Part shown: positions 1 through 12,538 of the stretch, piece by piece
How the letters are laid out: each line of letters starts with the position of its first letter
Numbering within the stretch: position 1 is the stretch's first letter
Source: Patescibacteria group bacterium
Lineage (GTDB): Bacteria > Patescibacteriota > Minisyncoccia > Phycocordibacterales > UBA1550
Reading direction: 5' to 3'
Assembly (NCBI GenBank): GCA_038062675.1
Contig: JBBTWP010000001.1
Coordinates: forward strand, 48,920 to 112,919
Length of the DNA: 64,000 nt
Notes under the pieces: generated by a model
The model's input: the letters and a program-made list of their open reading frames with translations, nothing else
Told to the model about the DNA's origin: nothing
The model's database searches: none
Position numbers and translations under genes: made by a program

Positions 1-56
1 ACGCTCTTCTTTGTAAAGATTGCGGTCACGGAACCGCATTAGTGTTTAATAATTAA

Positions 57-299
<243 letters not shown>

Positions 300-309
300 T
301 ACATCATTC

Positions 310-753
310 ATGGAGCAAATCGTAACCGTCTTTGGGGTCAACTGGAAACTCTTCCTGATTCAGGCAGTGAACTTCGGCTTGCTTCTTTTGGTGCTCTATC
401 GTTTCTTGTATCGTCCGGTGCTTGCCATGATCGACACCCGAAAAGCAAAAATAGAAAATGCGGTCAAGGAAGCGGAGCGCATGGAGGGAGAGCTTGGTGA
501 AGCGGAGGCAGAAAAAGCGCGCATCTTGCGTGAAGCGACCCAGAAAGGTAGTTTGCTGATTGACGCTGCAAAGAAACACGCAGAAGCAGAGGAGCATGTG
601 CTTCTCAAGGACGCACACCGCAAGGTGGCGCACCTCGTGAGTGAGGCAGAGCGTCGTACTGCGCGCGAACACGAAGAGATGCTCAAGAGTGTCGAGCGGG
701 AAGTCACACGTATGGCAGTGCTTGCTGCCGAGAATGTCCTCCGCAAATCATAA
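310..753 (+). CDS. atpF: F0F1 ATP synthase subunit b
   Basis: N-terminal TM (QAVNFGLLLLVL) then long charged coiled coil; position in operon. Confidence 0.93.
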   Translation: MEQIVTVFGVNWKLFLIQAVNFGLLLLVLYRFLYRPVLAMIDTRKAKIENAVKEAERMEGELGEAEAEKARILREATQKGSLLIDAAKKHAEAEEHVLLKDAHRKVAHLVSEAERRTAREHEEMLKSVEREVTRMAVLAAENVLRKS

Positions 754-755
754 TC

Positions 756-1160
756 ATGAAAGCTTTTGAATACGCTGAAGCGCTCCACGGCGCGCTCGAA
801 GGAAAGAATGCGAAAGATGCACACAAGATTTTTGAGCGTTTTGTGGAGGTTGTGCGTGCGCGCGGACACGCGGGACTCCTCCGCCTTATTCCCCGCGAGC
901 TCGACAAGATAGCACTTCGGCGTGAGTCGCAGAACGAAGTGGTGCTCGTGACGGCGGACAAAAAGAGCCACACCAAGTGGTCACACGCCTATGACCACTA
1001 CCGTCGCGAAGGGGTGATCCCGGACGTGAAAGGGGAACGTCATGAGATCGACCCCACCATTGTCGGAGGATTCAAGATTCGCACCAAAAATCTCCTCATC
1101 GACGGCAGTTATCACCGCGCTCTCATCGAATTGTATCGAAACATTATCACTAAGAACTAA
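756..1160 (+). CDS. atpH: F0F1 ATP synthase subunit delta (short)
   Basis: C-terminal [15 protein letters not shown] motif; lies between atpF and atpA. Confidence 0.88.
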   Translation: MKAFEYAEALHGALEGKNAKDAHKIFERFVEVVRARGHAGLLRLIPRELDKIALRRESQNEVVLVTADKKSHTKWSHAYDHYRREGVIPDVKGERHEIDPTIVGGFKIRTKNLLIDGSYHRALIELYRNIITKN

Positions 1161-1165
1161 GCACT

Positions 1166-2737
<1,572 letters not shown>

Positions 2738-2750
2738 TTATTAAGCATGT

Positions 2751-5116
<2,366 letters not shown>

Positions 5117-5118
5117 TT

Positions 5119-5355
5119 ATGTTTAAACTCACCGTCGCACAAGTAGATAAAGTGTTGTTCAAAGGGGAGGTGCACCAAGTGACCTGTCCAGGGACCGGCG
5201 GGGATGTGACCATCCTCTCTCACCACGCACCGCTCGTGGCACCGCTTCGTGCAGGCGAGCTTCGTATTGTGGACGCGGGTGGGGTAGTGACACAAATTCC
5301 ACTTGCGGACGGTGTGCTCGAGGTGGGGGGCAATGAGGCGACGGTGTTGCTGTAA
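5119..5355 (+). CDS. atpC: F0F1 ATP synthase subunit epsilon, beta-sandwich domain only
   Basis: GDVTILSHHAPLVAPL motif; 78 aa with no C-terminal helices. Confidence 0.9.
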   Translation: MFKLTVAQVDKVLFKGEVHQVTCPGTGGDVTILSHHAPLVAPLRAGELRIVDAGGVVTQIPLADGVLEVGGNEATVLL

Positions 5356-5427
5356 AAGTAATTTTACCGTTGACAAGATTCTAGTTTTGCTGTATTTTAG
5401 CTTCAGACTGAATGGAGGGAAACAACC

Positions 5428-5721
5428 GTGACGCCAGAAACTTTAAGGCTGATGTTGAAAAGAATAGAGAGAAAAAATATACCAATTGAAGTGCGAGTAA
5501 GAGCTCTCGTTGATCATCTTCATCAAAGTTTTTTAGGGCTTGCAGGTGAAGGTATGCAAGCGAGAACAGGAGAGGAGCTTCGAGAGATGTATGTCAAGGC
5601 CCGAAAGATTGCTAGGGTCGCCTTGCGACTCTATCGGTGGTTTCCTAACTCTGCAGATAAAGAAAGGAACGAACTTTTTCGGACTCTTTTTGATGCAGCG
5701 TCTCGCTCTATTAAACAATAA
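5428..5721 (+). CDS. hypothetical protein (ORFan cassette)
   Basis: 97 aa ORF with GGAGG SD and upstream TTGACA. Confidence 0.6.
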   Translation: MTPETLRLMLKRIERKNIPIEVRVRALVDHLHQSFLGLAGEGMQARTGEELREMYVKARKIARVALRLYRWFPNSADKERNELFRTLFDAASRSIKQ

Positions 5722-5744
5722 AGATCATATTAGGATAGATGTAT

Positions 5745-6353
5745 CTATCTTGCCGTTGTGCCTTCGGGTTCAGCGGTTTTTTTTATTTTTTTCAATATGA
5801 GCGGAATCTTTTTGAAATCTTCCTTCAGCACCTCGCGCAAGGAACCATTATAGAGCGCTGCAGCGGGGTGGTAGAGAGGAAGGAAATGTTGCTCTTTCCC
5901 CCACATGGGTGCGGTGATGAGGTTGCCATGCGCAGATGATATTTTTTCATGCGGAAAAAAGTGGTTCATGGCGTGTCGCCCCAGAAAAACAACGAGTTTG
6001 GGTTTGATAAGTTGTATTTCTTCTTCGAGCCAGGGTGCACAAGCGGTGATTTCGTCGGGTGTCGGGTCACGGTTGTCTGGCGGGCGATATTTGACGATGT
6101 TGGTTATGTAGACATCTTCGCGTTTCATGCCGATACTTGCGAGCATTTCAGCGAGAAATTTCCCTGCGGCGCCAATGAACGGTCGCCCCTCTTTGTCTTC
6201 TTTTGCGCCTGGAGCTTCGCCAATGAATACAACATCTGCGGTGGCACTCCCATCTCCACGTACCCCCTGCGTTGCAGTCTTTTTTAATTCGCACATGCAG
6301 TTCGTAAGCCACTTTGTGTGGAGTGCGTCGAGTTGGTCGGTCTTGTTCATCAT
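5745..6353 (-). CDS. uracil-DNA glycosylase family 4
   Basis: FIGEAPG, GRPFIGAAG, ITNIVKYRPPDNRDP, YHPAAALY motifs. Confidence 0.93.
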   Translation of the reverse strand: MMNKTDQLDALHTKWLTNCMCELKKTATQGVRGDGSATADVVFIGEAPGAKEDKEGRPFIGAAGKFLAEMLASIGMKREDVYITNIVKYRPPDNRDPTPDEITACAPWLEEEIQLIKPKLVVFLGRHAMNHFFPHEKISSAHGNLITAPMWGKEQHFLPLYHPAAALYNGSLREVLKEDFKKIPLILKKIKKTAEPEGTTAR

Positions 6354-6356
6354 ACA

Positions 6357-6869
6357 CTACTCTTGGTTTTTGGGCAGATATTGTTTTCCCAGCGAGAACG
6401 GTTCATTCGAAAGTACCATCATCCATTGGTTGCAACTTTTGTGTCCGCTGTGCGAGTCGTGCCAGCGTTCGATAAGCTCAGTTTCCTCGAGCTTAAAGTT
6501 TTTTCCGTTCCAAGGATCGTGCAGGATGATGATACCATCTACGTAGCCTGACACAACGGCGTAGTGCCCGTCATCTTCAGATGGTTCAGTGTAATCAATA
6601 ATAACAGGAAGTCCGAGGTTTATAAAATATCTTATTTCATCAACCGATGAATCCGCGTTTACATAACAATAGAACTTTTGATGGAGCGCTGCGTCAATCA
6701 TGCCCTGGTGGCGGGTCCCCGTTTCATTGTCGGTGCTCGCGTGTTTCGCAATTTTTTTCTCAGTCTTAAAAGTGCCAAGAAATGAAAAAACCATTTTGAG
6801 CGAAGCGGGACCACAGGTGTATTCAGTTTTTTGTTCGTGGTAGGGGACGGTGAGTTTCATATCTTTCAT
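6357..6869 (-). CDS. standalone C39-like (papain fold) cysteine peptidase
   Basis: EQKTEYTCGPAS (Q..C), GHYAVV (H), HDP (D). Confidence 0.8.
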   Translation of the reverse strand: MKDMKLTVPYHEQKTEYTCGPASLKMVFSFLGTFKTEKKIAKHASTDNETGTRHQGMIDAALHQKFYCYVNADSSVDEIRYFINLGLPVIIDYTEPSEDDGHYAVVSGYVDGIIILHDPWNGKNFKLEETELIERWHDSHSGHKSCNQWMMVLSNEPFSLGKQYLPKNQE

Positions 6870-7003
6870 ATTCTACTAAATTAGCCGAATATTTGCCAGC
6901 TGATTATTCTGCGAAATTTCTTGTTTTTATGTTTGATAATTAGCTAAAATTATGAGAATATGGTGTTTGGAGTCTCTGTACAACAATTAATGAGGAGGTC
7001 ATT

Positions 7004-7393
7004 ATGACTGCACATTTATCTCTACTTGCAACACAGACTGGAATTCCATTTGCACTACTTGAGGGCGCACTCCACCCATTGCCAGAAGTTGTCTCACAGG
7101 CAACTACCTGTAATGAGGCACAACTGGAATATTATAGTTCGAGACCGGGGAATCCTGCGCGGCACGCTGCACTGAAAAGATGGATTGCTTTGTGTTTCAC
7201 TATTGATGAAATACGTCAGGCTGCTGGTCAAACACTGCTCGGAAGCCAGGATGAAAGTGATGCGTTGATCAAATGGGCTAGTCTCTACACAACTATTCCG
7301 CAAGCACTCGAAGTTCGTAGTCGTACACGATTGGGGAGTGAGGAGGAGCGCGTTGTGCTTCTTAAAATGATTGAAATACACAACGGGAGATAA
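7004..7393 (+). CDS. hypothetical protein with three 31-aa helical repeats
   Basis: GAGGAGG SD; visible internal repeats; followed by terminator. Confidence 0.7.
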   Translation: MTAHLSLLATQTGIPFALLEGALHPLPEVVSQATTCNEAQLEYYSSRPGNPARHAALKRWIALCFTIDEIRQAAGQTLLGSQDESDALIKWASLYTTIPQALEVRSRTRLGSEEERVVLLKMIEIHNGR

Positions 7394-7398
7394 GTTTT

Positions 7399-7436
7399 GA
7401 AAGCCACCAGAAAATTTCTAGTGGCTTTCCTTTTTT
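7399..7436 (+). terminator. intrinsic terminator
   Basis: GAAAGCCAC...GTGGCTTTC stem plus T tract. Confidence 0.7.
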
Positions 7437-7487
7437 GAAGAAGATTGACTTCGAATGGTTTTCAACATAGAATAAACATAAAATACA

Positions 7488-7913
7488 ATGGAAAATACTG
7501 GATTATTTTACGCAATAGGGGCAGCAGTGGTATGGGGGTTAGTGTACACCATCGACCAGAAGATTCTTTCTGAGGTCTCACCTCTTATGCTTTTGTTCAT
7601 AAATTCAATTGTTACCGTAGTAATCTTGTTGCCGTTTGTATTTTTTACCAACACGAAAACAGTTTTCGAAGTTGGTAAAATGGGGTTGCTGCTTATTCTT
7701 GGGGCTAGCTTGTTAGCAGCCCTCGCAAATTTTTTTATTTTTTCGTCAATCAAATCACTAAACGCTTCGACGGCGTCAATAATCGAAGTCTCATACCCAT
7801 TTTTTGTCGTCCTTTTTAGTTTTATTATTTTTCGTGCAGTTCCCAATATTTATTTTTTTCTCGGTGGAGCACTTATTTTTGCAGGAACGTTTGTCATTAT
7901 TAAGCTTGCATAA
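7488..7913 (+). CDS. EamA/DMT family membrane protein (single domain)
   Basis: 141 aa, about 5 TM, AAVVWG and ASTASIIEVSYPFF motifs. Confidence 0.85.
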   Translation: MENTGLFYAIGAAVVWGLVYTIDQKILSEVSPLMLLFINSIVTVVILLPFVFFTNTKTVFEVGKMGLLLILGASLLAALANFFIFSSIKSLNASTASIIEVSYPFFVVLFSFIIFRAVPNIYFFLGGALIFAGTFVIIKLA

Positions 7914-7921
7914 AGAATTCC

Positions 7922-8737
7922 ATGATCAACCAAAACCCTAAAAAAGAAAAAAAGGCGCCAGTAAAGGCCGGAGCAGACACTTCATGGAACGCCGTGGCGG
8001 GATGGTATGACACCATGATTGAAAAGGACGATGATACCTACCAAACGAAAGTTATTTTGCCGAACATTGTGCGTGCAATGGGTATTAAAGAGGGAACAAA
8101 AGTGCTCGATGTTGCTTGTGGGCAGGGGTTTTTTAGTCGTGCATTTCGTGCAGCAGGGGCGGAGGTTTCCGGCGTTGATGTGGCAACTACGCTCATAGAT
8201 TTTGCCAAAAAGCAGTCCCCGAAAGAAATTCGTTTTTTTGTACGCTCTGCGGAAGACCTTGTTGTTTTTCAAGATGGGTATTTTGATAAGGTGGTTGTTG
8301 TTTTGGCAATTCAAAATATTGAAGCGCCACACAAGGTCTTTAAAGAGTGCGTACGCGTGCTTGCGCCGGGAGGCAAATTGTATTTGGTAATGAACCATCC
8401 TGCGTTTCGCATTCCCAAGGCGAGCGCATGGGGTTTTGACGACGAAGCAAAAACGCAGTATCGGCGCGTTGACCGTTACATGTCAGAATCAAAAAGTGAA
8501 ATCGACATGAATCCGGGGAGACCTTCGGGTAAGAGAGGGGCGACAACCATTTCGTTTCATCGACCACTCCAATACTATTTTAAAACCCTCGCTAACAGTG
8601 GGTTTGCAGTCGCGCGTCTCGAAGAATGGCTTTCTCATCGAGTGAGCGAGAAGGGTCCGCGGCAAGATGCGGAGGATCGAGCGCGCAAAGAAATCCCATT
8701 GTTCTTGTTTCTTGAAGCGGAGAAGCGAGGGAAATAA
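7922..8737 (+). CDS. class I SAM-dependent methyltransferase
   Basis: VLDVACGQG motif I; RVLAPGG. Confidence 0.9.
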   Translation: MINQNPKKEKKAPVKAGADTSWNAVAGWYDTMIEKDDDTYQTKVILPNIVRAMGIKEGTKVLDVACGQGFFSRAFRAAGAEVSGVDVATTLIDFAKKQSPKEIRFFVRSAEDLVVFQDGYFDKVVVVLAIQNIEAPHKVFKECVRVLAPGGKLYLVMNHPAFRIPKASAWGFDDEAKTQYRRVDRYMSESKSEIDMNPGRPSGKRGATTISFHRPLQYYFKTLANSGFAVARLEEWLSHRVSEKGPRQDAEDRARKEIPLFLFLEAEKRGK

Positions 8738-8752
8738 TGGTAGTATAATTGT

Positions 8753-9745
8753 ATGCTCGGTAATATTATCGGTGTATTGATAGCCATTGTCGCGCTTCTT
8801 GGTGCCGGCGTCGTTTCGTATACATATCTCGAGGAGCGATTTGGTCCCGCCGCGCCAACCGAAGTTGTGTTCAAGGTGGAAACAGAGACTCCCGTAGTGC
8901 AACCAAAAACCTCTGGGGGAAGCACTCAGGGTGTTGTTAATGTGCCGACAATACAAAAGAAGTCTGTTCCAGTGAAATCGAGCACACCCGCTCCAATTGC
9001 GGTTACGCCTCAGAAAGTTGTTGTTCCGGGGCCTTTGCGCGCGGAACCTGTCTCCACACCCTTGCCAAGTGTTATTTTGACGGCGCAGGGCGTGTTTGAG
9101 TATACCAATCGTGCACGCGCCGAAAATGGTGGGTTAGGCGCCTTGACGCATAATGAGACTCTCGACCGTATTGCCATGACGAAACTTCTCGATATGTTTT
9201 CAAAACAATATTTTGAACACATATCGCCGACAGGAGTCGGTCCGAGCGACCTTGCGAAAGCGGCAGGTTATGCGTATGTGGTTGTGGGTGAAAATTTAGC
9301 ACTGGGGAACTTTGCCAATGATTCAAAGTTGGTCGATGCATGGATGGCAAGCCCCGGGCATCGCGCAAATATCTTGAATCCGCGATATCAAGAGATTGGT
9401 ATTGCTGCAGGGAGAGGAATGTATGAAGGGCGCGAAACGTGGCTTGCGGTGCAAAGTTTTGGCATGCCTCTTTCTTCGTGTCCTGCCATTGACGCACAAA
9501 AGAAAATGCAAATTGAAACGAATAATGCCACCATTGCCACGATGCGCATAGATCTTGATGCGAAGAAGGTGCAGATTGATACTACGCCACCGAACAATCC
9601 AAAATACAATGTATATGTGGGTGAGTTTAATGTTATGGTAGTGCCATATAATGCTCTGATTGAATCGAGTCGGATTTTAGTCGAGCAGTATAACAGAGAA
9701 GTAAAGGCATTTAATGACTGCGCTGCTGGAACAGCTACAAGTTAA
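8753..9745 (+). CDS. membrane-anchored CAP (SCP-like) domain protein
   Basis: N-terminal TM, Pro-rich linker, YFEH, GENLA, WMASPGHRANIL. Confidence 0.9.
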   Translation: MLGNIIGVLIAIVALLGAGVVSYTYLEERFGPAAPTEVVFKVETETPVVQPKTSGGSTQGVVNVPTIQKKSVPVKSSTPAPIAVTPQKVVVPGPLRAEPVSTPLPSVILTAQGVFEYTNRARAENGGLGALTHNETLDRIAMTKLLDMFSKQYFEHISPTGVGPSDLAKAAGYAYVVVGENLALGNFANDSKLVDAWMASPGHRANILNPRYQEIGIAAGRGMYEGRETWLAVQSFGMPLSSCPAIDAQKKMQIETNNATIATMRIDLDAKKVQIDTTPPNNPKYNVYVGEFNVMVVPYNALIESSRILVEQYNREVKAFNDCAAGTATS

Positions 9746-9773
9746 GGGAGTAGTCTTGTGATACACTTTGAAT

Positions 9774-10493
9774 ATGTCGACACTTATTTTTGATATTGAA
9801 ACGGTTGGAGAAGATTTTGATGCGCTAGATTCTGCAACTCAAGACGTGCTCACAAAGTGGATTAAAAAAGAATCCGGAGCTCCTGAACATCAGGATGAAT
9901 ATGAACGGGCTCTACAAGACCTGAAAGACGGACTTGGCTTTTCACCACTTACTGGGCAGATCGTTGCCATCGGCGTTCTAGATGACGAGCGTGACAAAGG
10001 TGCCGTATATTTCGATACAAATGGCAAAAAGATGCCCGACCGCGAGGAAGCCGGAATGAAGTTTAAGGCGATGGGGGAGCGCGAGATGCTTGAAAATTTT
10101 TGGCGGGGAGTTGCCGAATACGATGCGTTTGTAAGTTTTAATGGGCGCGGGTTTGACGTTCCGTTTTTAATGGTTCGTTCGGCAATTTATGGCATCCGCC
10201 CATCCAAGGACTTGATGTCGAATCGATATGTCGGGAGTCAAGATTTTGGTGCGAAACATATCGACCTCTTAGACCAGCTTTCTTTCTATGGTGCGGTGCG
10301 TCGCAAGGGAGGGCTTCATTTGTGGTGCCGAGCTTTTGGCATCGAGAGCCCAAAAGCTTCCGGAGTTACCGGGGACGATGTGAAGAGGCTTTTCACGGGA
10401 GGACATTTTGAGGATATTGCGAAGTATAATGCGGGGGATTTGCGCGCCACACGCGAGCTCTATCATCGCTGGAAGAATTATCTCGCTTTTTAG
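9774..10493 (+). CDS. PolB-like 3'-5' exonuclease (DEDDy, RNase H-like)
   Basis: FDIET, SFNGRGFDVPFL, YNAGD; start taken at the ATG 6 nt after TACACT. Confidence 0.85.
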   Translation: MSTLIFDIETVGEDFDALDSATQDVLTKWIKKESGAPEHQDEYERALQDLKDGLGFSPLTGQIVAIGVLDDERDKGAVYFDTNGKKMPDREEAGMKFKAMGEREMLENFWRGVAEYDAFVSFNGRGFDVPFLMVRSAIYGIRPSKDLMSNRYVGSQDFGAKHIDLLDQLSFYGAVRRKGGLHLWCRAFGIESPKASGVTGDDVKRLFTGGHFEDIAKYNAGDLRATRELYHRWKNYLAF

Positions 10494-10628
10494 TGTTTCG
10501 GGAAAGTTTGTCGCTGGTGGAAAAAGCTTGCACAAAAAACCATTTTATACTACACTCACTCATAGATACAGAACATCGTGTCTGAAAAATAGTTCTTTGT
10601 ATTACAATCAACGACCTTGGAGGTCGCT

Positions 10629-10955
10629 ATGAAAAAGTTTGCATCACTGCTGTGTGCAGCTACTTTACTACTGTCCGTAACATTCGTTCCCACCATCGCT
10701 TCCGCAAGTACCATCAATACGGAACTTGCAAGCAACCCCACCGCCACTATTGCTGAAATCGAGAAGATTGGTTTTCCGATGTCGGATGAAATGGCCGGGG
10801 AGATGAGGGGGGAGTTTACTTGGTACAGTATTGCCCTTGGAATTATTTTTGATAACGCCGTGTTTGGTGCCAATGGAAGTAACATTCGTACTACTTTCTT
10901 TTCGCCGATAATGGCATGTTCTGCAACTGTTTCTGGAAGCGGGTACAGTTGTTGA
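10629..10955 (+). CDS. small secreted protein, bacteriocin-precursor-like
   Basis: GGAGG SD; Sec-type signal peptide (ASA|); MSDEMAGEMRG motif; two C-terminal Cys. Confidence 0.6.
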   Translation: MKKFASLLCAATLLLSVTFVPTIASASTINTELASNPTATIAEIEKIGFPMSDEMAGEMRGEFTWYSIALGIIFDNAVFGANGSNIRTTFFSPIMACSATVSGSGYSC

Positions 10956-10975
10956 ATTGGTTGTTTTTATGTCCC

Positions 10976-11007
10976 AAACGGGTCGGTTTACCCCGACCCG
11001 TTTTTTT
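10976..11007 (+). terminator. intrinsic terminator
   Basis: AAACGGGTCGG / CCGACCCGTTT stem plus T tract. Confidence 0.8.
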
Positions 11008-11040
11008 ATTAAGATTCTGTATCATAATTTTTTTAAAATA

Positions 11041-11508
11041 ATGCTTAATTTTTTTAATCCCGTAAAAGCTGTTTCGGATTATCAGTCTGGGCTTATTTCA
11101 CAGCGGGGGATTCTTTTCCGAAGATATTTTTTCTTTGGATATATTTTTTTGTCTGTGTTTAGTATATTTTTTTTGCCAGTAACAAAATATGGTCTCTACG
11201 ACACCTTTTTTAGTGCTATTTTTCTTATTTTATATATAGGTGTTCCACTTTTGATAAACACAAAAATAGATGGGGAAAATTTTTACACTCGACTTGCGGT
11301 TGTGCATGTTCCTGTTCTTTTCACTACTTTAATTATCTCTACTATTTTGGCAGTATTAACAGCGGTGGTGGTTATTTTTGTAATACCTACGGTAAACATA
11401 GATGCAGTGGCGTTTTTATTACAAACAGTATTGATGTTTTTTAGTATATTTTTCATGGCGTGGTCTTTTAAAAAATACAAATTGAAAAAACCTCCACAAA
11501 AAATATGA
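11041..11508 (+). CDS. AT-rich 4-TM membrane protein
   Basis: hydrophobic ORF; start moved to the ATG downstream of the terminator. Confidence 0.6.
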   Translation: MLNFFNPVKAVSDYQSGLISQRGILFRRYFFFGYIFLSVFSIFFLPVTKYGLYDTFFSAIFLILYIGVPLLINTKIDGENFYTRLAVVHVPVLFTTLIISTILAVLTAVVVIFVIPTVNIDAVAFLLQTVLMFFSIFFMAWSFKKYKLKKPPQKI

Positions 11509-11692
11509 AAAAGATTAAGAAGTTTTTTGCATTGATATTTCAACACATTGTTGTTGCGTTAGTATCGTGGTTTTAGTAGTAACATAATCTGGGTAGAAGA
11601 AATAGTTCATCAATGGAGGGAAATACCTTGCGTTTTAAGCCACAAAAACTGAGTGTTTTGTTTGGAGTGCTTCATCGTGGTACGATACTTGT

Positions 11693-12508
11693 ATGTCTGA
11701 CTTTTATAAACCTCACCGAAAACCCGATTGGAATTATGGCGGTCCGCGCTGGCGTCTCTCTCGTTCAAAGATCGAGCTTTATACAGAGTGCCCTCGGTGT
11801 TTCTTTGTTGACAACAAGCTTGGCACGGCACGCCCTCGTGGACCCGCGTTTACTATCAACATTGCTGTTGACACCTTGCTCAAAAAAGAATTTGATGCGC
11901 ATCGTGTGGGGAAAACTTCTCATCCGCTCATGAAAAAGTATGGTGTTGACGCAGTACCGTTTGCACACAAAAACATGGATACATGGCGAGAGAATTTTGA
12001 GGGAGTGGAGTACAAAGACCCACAAACTGGATTTGTGATTTCGGGTGCAGTGGACGATGTTTGGGTAAACCCCGCCGGCGAGCTCATGGTGGTGGACTAC
12101 AAAGCAACCTCAAAAGAGGGAAGCATAGAAACGCTCGCGGATTCTTCATGGGAAGGGCAGTACAAGCGCCAGATAGGTGTGTATCAGTGGTTGTTGCGCA
12201 AAAACGGTTTTAAGGTTTCAGATACAGGGTATTTTGTGTATGCAAATGCAGGTACCGACAAAAAGGCATTTGATGGGCAGCTTGAGTTTGAGGTCACGCT
12301 GATTCCCTGCAAAGGAGAGACGGAGTGGATTGATACAGTATTGCTCGAAATAAAGAAATGTTTGGAGACCAACGAGATTCCCGAGGTCGGTCCACAATGT
12401 GATTTTTGTAAGTATCGCAAAGCAGCGCGCGATGTACAACAAGATTTTCGTGTAAAGAATACAAAAGAAGCAAAAACCGGAAAAGGAGGGGGAAGTTTGT
12501 TTGAGTAA
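11693..12508 (+). CDS. PD-(D/E)XK nuclease (RecB/Cas4-like, Cys-containing)
   Basis: LSRSKI..CPRC, GAVDD..VVDYK, Q..VYQ, CDFC. Confidence 0.85.
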   Translation: MSDFYKPHRKPDWNYGGPRWRLSRSKIELYTECPRCFFVDNKLGTARPRGPAFTINIAVDTLLKKEFDAHRVGKTSHPLMKKYGVDAVPFAHKNMDTWRENFEGVEYKDPQTGFVISGAVDDVWVNPAGELMVVDYKATSKEGSIETLADSSWEGQYKRQIGVYQWLLRKNGFKVSDTGYFVYANAGTDKKAFDGQLEFEVTLIPCKGETEWIDTVLLEIKKCLETNEIPEVGPQCDFCKYRKAARDVQQDFRVKNTKEAKTGKGGGSLFE

Positions 12509-12538
12509 TTTTTACATTCTGAGCTGCGCAATCTTCAT

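Noticed and set aside
11693-12508. Cas4 of a CRISPR-Cas system
   Set aside because: No cas1/cas2 or array in the window; standalone PD-(D/E)XK nucleases are common.
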